From the human T2T-CHM13v2.0 reference genome, Homo sapiens: DNA of 64,000 nucleotides. A program made the translations under genes and the position numbers. The notes under the pieces are model-generated. The model ran no database searches. It saw only the letters and a list, made by a program, of their open reading frames with translations, and had not been told where the DNA came from. How positions within the stretch are numbered: position 1 is the first letter of the stretch; the number at the start of each line of letters is the position of its first letter. The stretch lies in assembly GCF_009914755.1 (NCBI RefSeq), contig NC_060928.1; one strand, given 5' to 3'. Shown piece by piece: positions 1 through 14,774 of this stretch.

Positions 1-233
1 TCACTTGAGCCCAGGAATTCAGTCTGGGCAACATAGTGAGACCCCGTATCTATAAAAAATTTAAAAATTAGCTGGACATGCCTGGGCATGCCTGTAATCT
101 CAGCTACTCAAGAGGCTTAGGGAGAAGGATTGCTAGAGCCCAGAGGGTAGAGGTTGTAGTGAGCTACGATCACACCACTGCACTTCAGCCTGGGAGACAG
201 GGCTAGACCCTGTCTCTTAAAAACAAATAAAAA
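1..233 (+). mobile_element. AluJ, cut by the window start
   Basis: tcacttgagcccagg...A-rich linker...gtgagctacgatcacaccactgcac...A tail; diverged. Confidence 0.9.
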
Positions 234-1718
234 GGCTTACAAAAGCTACCTTTTCCCAAATGTGCTCAACATTCTTTTTGGTATACTCTAGTGACTGTGT
301 TTTACAATGAAAACTAGTAGCTCATTTCTAGTTACATAAAATTTTCCCATTTATCTGAATAAAGGCTTAAGTCAATCTAGACATTTTTAAAAAGATAATG
401 CCAGATTAATCTCTACACAGGCTTAACAGAAACGATGCTTTCTGAAGGGATGTCTGAGATAGTAATACCATTTTTTAAAAAAAGATCAAGAGTTATTGCC
501 GGTTTTATTCCCAACCTTTTGATTTTGTCAGTAGCTAAGAAGTGACTTAGTAATTGTTTCTAGGTTTAACATTCATGCTCACAAGTTCTTCATGCTTCAG
601 CTTAAGTGTTCTGTTGCCATGTACTACACATATCATCAGACAACAGATTTCTTATTTTTTACTGGCAATATAGTTGGGTCTCTGGAATATTACCAAATGG
701 TTTATTGTATGTGTGCCTGCATACACGTGTAAACACAAGCATACACGCCCACTTAGTAAGCATTAAAGAAAAGCCTGATTTGCTCTAGTAATTTTAGCTG
801 ACTTTTTACTGGATATAAAATGTTCAATGAATTAAAAGAAAAAGCATCACTGTAAAGCTGCATAATTCAATTTAATCTGAAAAGAGTCTAGTCTGAATAG
901 CCATATTTCTAAATTATGGAATATTTTTCTAAGGAAATGAAAACACATTTCTTTTAAGTAAAAGGTGATAAAGTCTTATTTGACTCCTTTACAAATTATA
1001 AATTCTGCCAGAGCTCCATTAAGAAACAGCCAAGCAGAGGCATGCCACATGCAAATTACTGTGTTAAGTAATTATCTAAAATCTTATTTATACTCATTTT
1101 CTAAGCACAATGCCTATTTAGAATACAGAGATTGAGGTAAGTCTAGATCATTCAAATTATTGTCAATTTAAAAATTATTCACTTATTCATGTATTTGTGT
1201 GTTACTTATACTACACTATCTTCTTAAAGGGATTTGAGACAGCTTATCATCTGTCAAATCATCTAAATTATAAAATTTCCCCATGTGATTTCTAAGTGCA
1301 TGCTTTTTTCTTTTTCAGGCTAACATACGAAAGAAGGAGCAACAGATTTATACTTAACTGCAGCCTACAAAGATCTATACAGCCTTACATTGCTTCCATT
1401 TTTAATAATTCTAACAGTTCAGTAAGACAAATGTGCTTGATTTTAATAATCAATTGTTCATTGAATCAAAAAACATTTGTTGCTTTTTATGTGCAAGTGT
1501 TAGGCAACTAATTTACTGAAACTTGGTTTAATAGTTTGGTTCAATAAATTGTTTTTTAAAGAAGATTATTAGGTTTATAGGCATATATGGCTTTATTTAA
1601 TTTAATGAATGCCTGCAAAATTACAAACTCTTTATTCACACTTAGTAGTAGCTTTGTCACTATTCAACAATACAACAAGATAATCTTTAGCTGTGGACTT
1701 AAAAATAAAATGCATTCT

Positions 1719-2013
<295 letters not shown>

Positions 2014-3129
2014 AAAATAAAATGCATTCTTACACACATAATAAACACAGTATTTGTAGGCATCATTACTGACAAATGTTAAGTTACTACAATGCAAACC
2101 AGGCACTCTAGATCTGGGTACTGAAAGCCATTTAATGTGTGGGTTTTCTTTCATTGAGAGCTTTCTTTCACTTTGTCTCTCATAGAATCCTCACTTTTGG
2201 TTCTTCCTATATTTTCTTTCCCCACTCCCTCCCTCTGGTTCTATAGGGAAGGGCGTGTTGCCAAGGTACTGAACCATTTTGCTGGACCCTAAGAAGGAAA
2301 TGAGGATGTTTCAGTGTTTCCAACTCTAAGATAGTGGTTCAATGGGTAGTTTGGTGGATGGTGCTATCCCACAGATTTCTAATACTGGAGAAGGAAAGGT
2401 AATTTTCTTGGAGGCACTTCTTGGGATCAATGGGAGAAGTGATGACAGAATACAATTATTTTTAGTTGATCACCTGGAGACTATCTATTTAGCCACATTA
2501 TTCAAGTCTGGAGTGTATCTGTACTCAACTATTGTGTTAAGAACAGTACAAATAAACAACTTCGGCACAGTATCCTATCCCACCCAAATATACTTCATGT
2601 CGAGATTTATGTTTCACTTAAGCAAATTTTAATGGTAGGAAGCTTCAGAAAAGGGGAAGAGGGAACTTAGTGAAAAATATTACAGACTGATAGTGTTGAA
2701 GGAAGCTAACCTAGAATTTAAAAAATCCTTAGAGAATCTATGAAATAGAGACTCTTGATGGAGATAACTAGTTTCTTTTAAACTCTCATTTGTGACTATT
2801 AAATGTCTACTTTTCCATTTATAAAATGTTCCCTATATTAAGAGTTTTTATACTGAAGCAATTTTACTAGGTTCATTTGCATACGCATACTTAAAGCTCA
2901 GTTTCAAGGTATCAGTGACCTCCTCCTTGGAAAGCTAACACTGATTGGCCTAGAGTACATAGTTTCAGGCCTTTACCATGACATGCATGGACCTCCATAA
3001 CGTGGCACACTCTTACTGAGCTCTCTCCCTTTTTAATTCCACACCAATTACCTTGAACTTTGGTTAGTTGCCTATTTCACCAAGCATTTTTAATGTAATT
3101 CCTTGCTGGTAACGCCTAGCTAGGCAATC

Positions 3130-3420
3130 TTGATTTAATTTTCCATGAGCTTATACATTCTTCAAGAAAGAGCCCAAGTTTCCTCCAGAAATACTTCTCT
3201 GAAATCCACCCACTGTGCTTTCACAGCATACTGTGCTTGTTTGATTTAAATTTCACACCGAGACCATCTGCTTATATACCCATATCTCCTACTAAACCTC
3301 AAGATAAGGAAAGGCAAGGACCATGTCTTACTTATTTTTGGTATCCCTTGAACCTAACATGAGCCTAACACATTGCCTGAGACATATTAGCAGCTCAATC
3401 AACATTAATTGAATTGAACA
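3130..3420 (+). mobile_element. L2 3' end fragment
   Basis: ggcaaggaccatgtcttacttatttttggtatccc...cagctcaatcaacattaattgaattgaa resembles the L2 terminus. Confidence 0.6.
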
Positions 3421-4111
3421 GTATGCGAAAGGGAAGATGCAATATGAAATCAGTTAAAAAAGGGAAGTGGAACTACGGGTATTTTTTATTATTAACATTT
3501 TCCTTTAAAAGGAGGATTTAAAACTCCTATTCTTCTAGTCATTTGCATATTTATTCTTTTAACAAGTATATACCAAGTGTCCATGTATTAGAGCCTATAT
3601 TAGATGAGGAATATGATGGCCCCTAAATTTTAAAAAATACTCAGAAAATACAAAATGTAATAGGACATCAACGGATATAACAGATATCCATGTGATACAT
3701 AAAGGATATCAATTCAAATTTTCAAAGCATACATGCTTGGCTATTACTACAGATAAGTCAGTTGAAACATCAAATGAAAGCAGTTAAGTCAGTTCAAAGA
3801 GTCTTCAGAAAAAATAATAACATTTAACCACAGGATGTGGTCAATCTCCTGTCAGACCACAAATAGTCACCAGCTGCAGATAAGTCTATGATTAGAAATG
3901 TTTTCAGCCAGCACCACAGTGTATTGGTTTGTGAAAGAGAACAGGCAAGGTAGGGGGTTGGTGATTAGAAGTGAAGCTGGGTGGCCATGATCCTATAAAT
4001 TTACCCATTACAACAAATTAAAGAGGGCTTATTCAAAGGGCTGTACAATACCTCTCTATTTTGGCTGCCAAATGCTTAGAAGAGTTACTTTCACGCAGAA
4101 GTCAAAAAAAA

Positions 4112-4468
<357 letters not shown>

Positions 4469-5149
4469 TCATAATCTTTGCCACCCAGATGACAGAATCA
4501 CCTTAATTTGAGGTTTAAATCACTTTTGGGAATGTTGAAACATGGAGAAAAGACAGAAAACTAGGATAAATTCACTTTCCTGGCCTTTTCTGAACTCAAC
4601 AGTCTGCTTTCCTACAGAATAGAAAAAAAATTAGTAGAGGCTATTAATGAGTTCAGAGTTTAGATGCACTTTTGGAAGATTTTGTGGTGTTATTTGATAT
4701 TCTAAAATAACAATCAGAATTTCTACATATTTTCATCATTGTAAAATGTTTTACTTTCTATTATTTATTCTGTGAAGTTATTATTTTTTCTTTTCAATAT
4801 TATCTTCAGTTGCCACTAAGAATAGGAGAGTTTCATGCTAAAGGGGGAAGGCTGAAGAGAAGAAACGTCTCTCCCTTTTTCACAATGGAAAGTAGCAAAA
4901 GAGACTGTTTTCTGACTGTGAATCAGCTTAGTAATACTGGTCCAGTTCAAAGAGCAGGAATCCCCTTCTTTTAAAAACCATGTATCTTCCTAAAGCTCTG
5001 AATGTTCAATTCTTTGTACTTTTGCAATATATGTGTAGAGTTCAGTCATTTTTAAAAGTCCAATTTACCTTTTGAAGATGAAACATAAGTTTTCTCCTCT
5101 ACTGCTCTCACCTATGCCCAAATCATTGTCATTTTTTTTCTTTGACTCC

Positions 5150-5780
5150 TCCAATATCCATTTTCCTCCACTTCCATTCTGCCCTCCTATAATCCCTTGC
5201 CACACTGCAGCAAGAGAGAGCTTTGTATAATGAAATCGGATTATTTCATATTTCCGATCTTTAAATCTTCCAACACCTTTCTAGAACACACAGCATAATA
5301 TCTAAATTCCTCTTTCTGGCCTACAAGGCCTTTGAGCTCTGGCCCACACCTATCTCATGTATTATTTCATATCCTTGCACCCTAGGACTTGGGATGTTTC
5401 ATGCCACACTGGCCTTTGTTCTGCTCCTCATTGAAGCCACATTTTCTCAGGGCTGTACCCATTGTTCACACTGAGTGGAATATCTACTCACAGATCTTCT
5501 CAACATTTAGGTTCTTCTCCTGAAACATCATAGCAACCATTCCCGATCACCCTCTAAATCAGCCATCAGCCCCTAGTTACGCACCAAATATCACCCTGTT
5601 TTCTTCATAGCACTAGAACTAAAATGATTTGCTGGGTTTCTTTGGTCATTTACTCATTATCCATCCCCTCCTCCTTCAACTACTACAATGTCAGTTCTGT
5701 CTTGTCCATTACTGTATTCCAGGACTTGGCAGAGTATATGCATATAGCAGGCATGCAATAAACGTCTACTGACTGAATTA
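5150..5780 (+). mobile_element. L2 (L2a-like) 3' region
   Basis: ccacactgcagcaagagagagctt...ggcctacaaggcc...gcaggcatgcaataaacgtctactgactgaat. Confidence 0.7.
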
Positions 5781-5895
5781 CTTAAAAAAAATCAGATGCA
5801 CTAACACTGAGATCAAACAACCAAAAAAGCAGACTAGAGTCAAGCCGTGAACATTATACATGTTCAGACCCCAAACATAACAACTGAGATCTTTT

Positions 5896-6210
5896 TTTTC
5901 TTTTCTTTTCCTTTTTTTTTTTTTTTTTGAGATGGAGTCTCGCTCTGTCACCCAGGCTGTAGCACAGTGGTGCAATCTTGGCTCACTGTAACCTCTGCCT
6001 CCTGGGTTCAAGCAATTCTCCTGCCTCAGCCTACCCAGTAGCTGGGATTACAGGCACCCGCCACCAAGCCTGGCTAATTTTTGTATTTTCAGTAGAGACG
6101 GGGTTTCACCATGTTGCCCAGGCTGCTCTCGATCTCCTGACCTCAGCTGATCTGCCTGCCGCAGCCTCCCAAAGTGCAGGGATTACAGGTGTGAGCCACT
6201 GCACCCGGCC
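5896..6210 (-). mobile_element. AluSx-like, full length
   Basis: Poly(T)...gagccactgcacccggcc; TSD ctgagatctttt on both sides. Confidence 0.95.
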
Positions 6211-6419
6211 AGCTGAGATCTTTTGATCTGACATCTATGATCCTGTTATACAGGGGGAAATCTTAGATCCCCACATAAAATTTTACATTTCTAAGCTTTA
6301 TAATTCTTATAAAACTATATAAAATAGTCTGATTTTTCAGGTATCTCAAAGCAAATATGGATGAAATTTGAAATTGGTTAAAATGACAAGCATGGAAGTT
6401 AGTCACCTTATGTTAGAAC

Positions 6420-6623
6420 AACTGTCTTTGATACTTAGCTATTTAGCTGTGTGACTCAGAAGAATAACTTAACTTCTCTGAACTTCAGTGTCCTAATCTA
6501 TAAAATGGCTAAAACAAGTATCTAATAGTATTGATGTAAAATTAAAGAGCTAAAATAGTTGAAGAACATAACAGTGTCAGGTACACACTAGGTACCCAAT
6601 AAACATTAGTTATAATTATTATT
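6420..6623 (+). mobile_element. MIR
   Basis: Core tagctgtgtgact...acttaacttctctgaacttcagtgtcctaatctataaaatgg and tail caataaacattagttataattatt. Confidence 0.8.
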
Positions 6624-6819
6624 GCTTCAAAACAACGAGTCCTCCTTGGTTAATATACTGCAACCACATAACTAGACATCATTTTACCAGGTATTAGGTT
6701 TATTTACTTAGGAGAAGTAATTAACAATAGCTTGATACTTAAACCATAAGATTTATTAATAAAATCTGTCCACAGTGTATGTTCAGGGGTCTCTAGTTAT
6801 TTTTTTATGGAAAAGTGAT

Positions 6820-8205
6820 GTTTTTAAAATTGTGGCAAAATACACACACGATGAAATTTACTCCTTAAAAAATTCTTAAGGGCACAATTCAGTGGCATTA
6901 ACCATAATGTTGTGTGACCATTTTCAGAACTCCTGGTCATTCCAAACAGAACTCTGTACCCCAAAACTATCCATTCCCCCTCTCCTCCAGCACCTGGTAA
7001 CTGTCACTCTACTGTCTTTCCCTATGAATTTGCCTATTCTAATTATTTCATATAAGTGGAACCATTCAATATTTGTGCTTTTGGGTCTAGCTTATTTCTC
7101 TTAGCCTAATGTTTTCAAGGTTCATCCATGTTGTGGCATGTGTCAGAATTTCATTACATTTTTAAGCTGTGTAATATTGCATCGTATGTACAGGCTACAA
7201 TTTGTTTATGCATTTATCTGTTGATGGACATTTGTGTTGTTTCCACCTTTTGGCTATTTTGAATAATGCTGCTATAAACATTGTTAAGTATCTGTTTGAG
7301 TCCCTGCTTTCAATTCTTTTTGGTATATACTGAGAAGTTAAATTGCTAGATCATACGGTAATTCTATGTTTAACTGTGCAAGGAATCACAAAACTTTTTT
7401 ACACAGCTGCTGTGCCATTTTACATTCCCACCAGCAACCTACATGAGTTCCAACTTCTCTATATCCTGGCCAACACTTGTTACTTTCCATCTTTTGTTTG
7501 TTTGTTTGTTTTGTTTTTATAATAGTCACTTTAGTGGGTGTGAAGTACTATTTCACGGTGGTTTGATGTGTATTTCTCTAATGATGAGTAATGTTGAGTG
7601 TCTTTCTATGGGCTTATTGGTCATTTGTATATCTTCTTTGAAGAAATGTTTATTCAAGCCTTTTACTCATTTTTTAATTGCTTTTTTGTTGTTGTTAAGT
7701 TACAGAAGTTCTTTATATATTCCGGATATTAACCCCTTACTAGATGTATAATTTGCAAATATTTTCTCCTATTCTATAGGTTATCTTTTCATTAATTTTT
7801 CTTTTTGTAGAGACAGGGTCTTGCTATGTTTCCCAGGCTGGTCTCAAACTCCTGACCTCAAGTGATTCTCCCACCTCTGCCTCCCAAAGTGCTGTGATTA
7901 GAGGCCTGAGCCACTGTGCCTAGCCCATATTTTTACTCTCTTGATTGTGTCCTTTGATGCATAAAAGGTTTTTAATTTTGATGAGGTTCAATGTATCTAT
8001 TTTTTCTTTTGTTGCTTGTGCTTTTGTGTCATATCCAAAAAAATTGTTGGCAAATCCAATGTCATGAAAGTTTTTCTCCTACATGTTCTTCTAAGAGTTT
8101 CATAGCTTTAGCTCTTACATTTAGGTCTTTGATCCATTTTAAGTTTTGCATATGGTGTAAGGTAAGGGTCCAACTTTTAAATTTTGCATGGGATATCCAG
8201 TTTTG
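6820..8205 (-). mobile_element. L1MB-like 3' end (ORF2 end plus 3'UTR), interrupted by an Alu monomer
   Basis: aaggttcatccatgttgtggcatgtgtcagaatttc...ccattttacattcccaccagcaa...tttaggtctttgatccatttt. Confidence 0.85.
7797..7925 (-). mobile_element. FLAM_C / Alu left monomer inside L1MB
   Basis: tttgtagagacagggtcttgctatgtt...gagccactgtgcctagcc. Confidence 0.85.
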
Positions 8206-8659
8206 TTCTAATAATTCTGGTACAATGTAGGAAAATGGCTGAAAGGACCATGTACAACTTGTATATATCTATAGAGGTTAATTAAAAATGCATTCAAAGT
8301 TTCTTTTAAATAGAGAATATAAAACAAAACAATATACCTGTTACCAGATTTTTAAGTAATTAACTTCTAAATATCTCACACAAGAATTTGAGAGAATTGG
8401 CCAATATTTAATCTAAACCATTATCATACAAGATCTTCCCCAAAGGTCAGAATTCATGCAATTCTACCCTCTTAAGAATAATATCTCTACAAAAACATTA
8501 AATTGGCTTTTATGTTGTTGTAATTTAGAAAAATCCATTTGTAGCAAATATAAACATATGAGTCGATTCCTTTAGATTATAAGTATTTTACAGTGAAGCA
8601 AGTTTATTCTTGTTTTACTCTTTATGGTGAATATAATCGAGATGATTAAGAATATAGTT

Positions 8660-10334
8660 CTGCTAATAAACAAATTTAGTAAAGTTGCAGGATACAAAAT
8701 CAGCATACAAAAATCAGTAGTATTTCAATATACTAACAACAGAGTATATGAAAAAAATCCAGAAAACAATCTAATTCACAATAACTACAAAAAGGAATAA
8801 ATTTGAGCAAAGAGATGAAAGATATGTACATTGAATTCTATAAAACATTGATAAAAGAAATTGAAGACAACACAAATAAATGGAAATATATCCTCTGTTC
8901 ATGGATTGGAAGAATTAATGTTGTTTAATTAAGTTCATACTAATGAAAGTGATCTACTGATTCTATGCAATCCCTACCAAAATTCTAACAGTATTTTTTT
9001 TCACAGAAATAGAAAAAACAATACTAAAATTTGTATGCAACCATGAAATACTAAAATGTGTATGGAACCTCAAACAGCTAGAGCAATCTTGAGCAAAGAG
9101 AACAAAGCTGAAAGCATCACACTATCTGATTTCAAATTCTATTACAAAGGTATAGTAATCAAAACAGCAGAGTTACTGGCATATTGTCAGATTCACAGAC
9201 CAATAGAAGAGAACTGAGAGCCTAGAAACAAATACATACATTTATGGTCAACTAATTTTCAACAAAGATGCCAAGAATACATAAGGAGGAAAAAGAGAGT
9301 CTCTTCAGTAAGTGGTGCCAGAAAAACTGGATATTCACATGCAGAAGAATGAAATTAGACATTCATATTACACTACATATAAAAATCAACTCAAAATAGA
9401 TTAAAGACTTAAATGTAAGATTTAAAACTGTAAAACTACTAGAAGAAAACACGGGGAGAAAGCTCCTTGACATAGGTCTGAGCAATGAATTTTTAAATAT
9501 GACACCCAAAAGATCAGACAACAAAAGCAAAAATAGATGAGATTACATGAAACTTAAAAGCTTCTGCTCAAAAAAGGAAACAATCAACAGAGTGAAGAGA
9601 CAACCTAGAGAATGAGAGAATATATTTGCAAACCATACATCTGATAATAGGTTAATACGCAAAATATATAAGAAACAAACAACTCAACAGTAAGAAAACA
9701 AATAACCTGATTAAAAAATGGACAAAGGACCTGAATAGACATTTGTCAACAGCAGACATACAAATGGCCAACAGGTGTATGAAAAAATGTTCAACATAAC
9801 TAATCATCAGGAAAATGCAAATTAAGGCTACAATAAAATATCACTTCACACTTGTTAGAACAACTACTATCTAAAACACAAAAGATAAGTGGTGAGGATG
9901 TGGAGAAAAGGGAACCCTGGTACACTACTGGTGGGAATGTAAATTACTACAGCCATTATGGAAAATAGTGTGACAGTGCCTCAATAATTTAAAAAATAGA
10001 ACTACCATATAATCCAGTAATTCCACTATGGGGTATATATTCAAAGGATATAAAATCAATACGTTGAAGAGATGTCTTCACTCCCATACTCACTGCAGCA
10101 TTAACAATAGCCAAGAAATCAACCTAAGTGTCCATCAACAGATGTGTGGATAAAGATAATATGGCATATAAAGACAATGGAATACTATTCAGCCTTTAAA
10201 AAGAAGGGAATCTTGTTATTTGTAAAAACATGGATGGCCCTAGAGGATATTATGTTAAAAGAAAAAAGCCAGGCACAGAAAGATAAATACTGCATGATCT
10301 AACTTATAATGTGCAGTTTAAAAAAGTCAAACTC
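8660..10334 (+). mobile_element. L1MA-like ORF2 3' half plus start of 3'UTR
   Basis: aaagttgcaggatacaaaatcagcatacaaaaatcagtag...tgttcatggattggaagaattaat...aaaaagtcaaactc; many stops. Confidence 0.9.
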
Positions 10335-10518
10335 GGCTGGGCGCGGTGGCTCACGCCTGTAATCCCAGCACTTTGGGAGGCCGAGGCGGGTGGATCACCT
10401 GAGGTCAGGTGTTCAAGCCTAGCCTGGCCAACATGGCAAAACCCCATCTCTACTAAAAAATAAAAAAATTAGCTGGGCATGGTGGTAAGCACCTGTAATC
10501 CCAGCTACTGAGGAGGCT
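10335..10518 (+). mobile_element. AluSx-like, 3'-truncated
   Basis: Intact 5' end ggctgggcgcggtggctcacgcc; stops early in the right arm at ...ggaggct; no tail or TSD. Confidence 0.9.
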
Positions 10519-11210
10519 AAAAAATTTGTCTATAACTAGCTGTCTATCTGGGAGTCTAGTTATCTATCTGTATTATATTCTTTCAATGTGAGACACGAGT
10601 TTCATAAATTTAATTAACAGAATACAGACTGCACTAGAGAAGTGTGAAAACCAATTTGGAGACAATAAATTCAATTAACTCAAACAACATACTCTCGAAA
10701 AACTTCAAGAGCCAACATCAATCTTGTTTATGTAGAGAGACATGTTGGGCCTAATTCCTGAAAGATTATTTTACTTGAAGATGGGTAAAACCCTGCAACA
10801 TGAAAACAGTTTTCATAAAAAAAAAAAGGAAGTGTTTCACTATTTGTTATTTTAAAAGAATAGGGTTGTGCTAAACTTCCAGAGTTGACACATTCTTCCT
10901 TTCTACAGGATACCTTACTAAACCAGACTAAACTGTTTAAATAGAACTCATTTACATAAGAATTGTGTTGATAAAAATGTTGAGGAAAGGGAAAAGTACC
11001 TAGAAACATATCATTAGCTGACAAGGATTGATTGACCTTCAATCATTATTTTACATTAAAAGCCCTCTGAGACTATTTATAAGATTTAAAAAATATGGTA
11101 AAAAGGGCCTAATCTCATACACAGGAAAGGATGCTTAAAGTATTTACTGGTGGCAATTTTAATTTGGTACACTGGAATGAAATTTTTATTTAAAAAAAAA
11201 AACCAAACAC

Positions 11211-11950
11211 AAAGGACATGAACAGACACTTCTCAAAAGAAGACATACATGCAGCCAACAATTATATGAAAAAAAGCTCAATATCACTGATCAATAGAGA
11301 AATGCAAATCAAAACCACAATGAGATACCATCTCACACCAGTCAGAATGGCTATTATTAAAAAGTCAAAAAATAACAGATGCTGGGGAGATTGGGGAGAA
11401 AGAGAAACCCTTATGCGTTGTTGGTGGCAGTGTAAATTAGTTCAATCATTGTGGAAAGCAGTATGGTGTTTTCTCAAAGAGCTAAAAGCAGAACTACCAT
11501 TCGACCCAGCAAAAGCAAATACATGGAATCAACCTAAATGCCCATCAATGACAGACTGGATAAAGAAAATGTGGTACATATACACCACGAAATATTATGC
11601 AGCCATAAAAAAGGACAAGATCATGTCTTTTGTGGGAACATGGATGGGGCTGGAGGTTACCATCCTTAGCAAACTAACACAGGAACAGAAAACTCAACAC
11701 CACATATTCTCACTTATAAGTGAGAGCTAAAAGATATGAACTTATGAACACAAAGAAGGAAACAACAGATACTGGGGTCTACTTGAGGAAGGAGGGTGGG
11801 AGGAGGAAGCGGAGAAGAAAAATAACTATTGAGGACTGGACTTAATACATTAGTGATGTAATAGCGTGTACAACGAATCCCAGTGACACGTGTTTATCTA
11901 TGTAACAAACCTTCAAATGTACCCCCAAACCTAAAATAAAAATGGAAAGA
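11211..11950 (+). mobile_element. L1PA15/16-like 3' end (ORF2 C-terminus plus 3'UTR)
   Basis: ORF 11218-11730 translates as L1 ORF2p C-terminus ([10 protein letters not shown]...[15 protein letters not shown]...WNQPKCPS); 3'UTR ends aaacctaaaataaaa. Confidence 0.9.
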
Positions 11951-12469
11951 AAAACTCCAAACAACAAAACATGTGTTTTGTGTGTACACACATACATGCA
12001 CATACACACACATACAATCTCTAAGTCACCAGATTTTATATCAAGAGCTGGGTTGTTTGTTGTTTGAGGTAATCTTTTAAAAATTAACTTATTCAGAAGC
12101 TACAATTATGTTTTGATTTTCCTGAGCATTTTAGTACTGATGCTCTCCTTTTGGGAACGAACATGACATGAAAGTTTTTAAAAAATCATCAACCATTTCT
12201 TCGACTAAACTCAGCCCACATGGCCTACTCTGGATATTCCAATAAAGCACACTAGGTCTGTTGACAGAATCTGCAGGTGAAGAGGCAAGGAAATACCAAA
12301 AACGTGGGTGCAACAGTTAATTGAATAATGAATCCAAGTATAACCTTCAGGCATTGTATAATAAGGCAACCAGAAGCCTCCAGATAACAAATAAAGAGGC
12401 TTTATAAAACTACTTCCATACATTTTCCAGTGCACACCTTGAACTGATGTAAATTCTCACTTACTATTT

Positions 12470-13130
12470 CCTCCTTCCCTCCTACCTAAAAGAAAGAAGG
12501 CTTCCTCCTTGAAGATCAAAGGCTTCATTTCCGATCTTAGTTTGTTCCTGCTCTTCAGAGCTTTACTCTTCAGTTCTCCCTGACTCCCCCACCTTTTGCC
12601 TGTGTTTTTACTATCTACTTCTTCACTGGCTTCTTCTCATCTGCCCATAAGTGAGAGTCTCTCATCAATATCCCTGTCTACCCTCATTCTCTCTCCACCT
12701 ATTACTCTCTTACCTTTTAACTATCTTCAGTAGATGTCTCATGGACATTCTGAAGGCATTTCAGGGTACGCAAAATATATTCATTTTAATCTACATTCTT
12801 ATATCACAACTCCTACCCGTGCACCAATCACGCTAAATCCTTAGCTCCACTTTCAGTTCCGTACTGTGGCATCCAGTGGTTTACCACCTTTTGCCACATT
12901 CTGTCTCCAAAATACTCCTGGACCTGATCCCCTCTTCTTCATTCCCTATCCCACAGAGTTCAGTGCTTCACCGTGTCTCACATAAATTACTAGACAGCCT
13001 CCTAATCAATCTCCCAATTCACCTCTCCTTTCTACAAATATATTCTTCACATTGCTGCCATGGTTATTGTTCAATGCAGTGCAATCAGGGCATTTCTCTG
13101 ATTAAAAATATATTTGATTCCATAAATAGC
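12470..13130 (+). mobile_element. Degraded L2 fragments
   Basis: Pyrimidine-rich L2-like motifs (cagcctcctaatcaatctccc...cttcacattgctgcca). Confidence 0.45.
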
Positions 13131-14774
13131 ATCTAAATAAATTATGAGGTTTTAGAGCTCAGAAAGGACTGTTGAAATAATCTATTTTAGCACAGAATAG
13201 TGGGATAATCTTTCCAAGGTCATCAGTCACGAAGGAAAAGGGCTAGTATTAGAACCCAAAAGCCTGATTCCTCACTGCATTTAGGCAAAGCTTATTTCCA
13301 AGTTTGAGTTTTGGTTTACAAACTGAGATACTTCTTTTTCACTTTTAATGCCATGCAATCATTAAATGTTCTTTTCAACCATATGTCTACATTATAAGGA
13401 AGCTGTGAAGCAAGATAAGCCTCAGCTCTTAGTTAGATTTTGACTAAAGTGCTTCACTGGACAGATCTTATTGAGAACAACATTTTTCTCTGTTGACGTC
13501 AGTGGAAAAATGCTAGGCATATTTGCCAACTCTCAGACTCTGTTAAATGTTACATATGTGTTCAAAATGGCTAGAGAACACATAAATGAAAACATTAATC
13601 CCATAGGCAGCAGACAGACACTGTCACTGCTGAATTTGAGAACTCCAGGAGGTCTTATAAGCCCAGTTTTACCAGGGTAAGTCTTCCTTTGTCAGCAGCA
13701 TATGGTGAAATGAGTTGAAGAAAAAAAATGAACACAGCATCTGTGCACTCACTTCTTCAAGTTTTAACAGCCAATTAGGCTTTCTACAGTAATATTTATA
13801 GCTCCACAAAACTCAGGTAGTAAATGTAATCACTTTTCCCCTCTGGAGAATGTAGGCTGTTAAACTACAGAAGTGAGGGGGTTTATTCTACTCATTTGCT
13901 GTCTTAAGGAACTTAAAAAGAAGGGTAATTATTTATTTGAAGATTACCATCCACTCCATGGATAGAAAGACAATAGAAGAACTAATATTATGTGTCTGTA
14001 TGATAAATTGCAGTGTTTTATGCAACAAAATGTAAAACAATTAAAGAAACACCTCATTCACTTGGTATCATTAGGGACAGGGCTATTTTCTTAAATTATT
14101 TTTCAAAATAACAAAAGCTCCTTTGAGCTCCAAAACTTTATTTAATTAATTTTGATGGCTACAACAAAATATACTTTAAATTTCTCTGAATTCTTAAATA
14201 TGCAAAATATAATTTTCTTAAAGACCCCGGATCATAATTATGATTATACAATTCTGTGTTATGCAGTTTTTGGTGCTTAAGAACTACAGAGGTTAGTAGA
14301 AATATTTGGCCCCTCACCAAGTCCTGTCAAACCACAATGTTTTTGTAGCTCTAATTTCTTTGCTGTGCTTCATTTAAACCCTCAGTCAGTCAGCTCTTTA
14401 TTCTTCTTGTTATTGCAATCAGTGTATCTATGTCTTTGTCTTTTTTGGTCTGTATTTCTCCCCTTTAATTTCCAGTTTCTAATTGCCTAAATGCTTGGAC
14501 ATTAGATTATAAAACCTGTTAAAATGCATGAAAGCGATGTGTTCTGATGAAGGGCCTGAGAGTCTTTGTGGAATAAAGTGCATGAGCCTCAGTGAATATA
14601 TTTGTTGGCAAATATTTTAGTTATGTAAAGTTTTTTTTTGCTTACTGACTTCCTAGTAAGTAGGAATTTGAAGCATAAACTATATTGTTATTTTTTAAAA
14701 GAGAAGCCTCACATATTTTTTATAAGTATCTTCTAGCTAAAGTTAGAAAATACTCGGTCATCACTTATTAAGCT

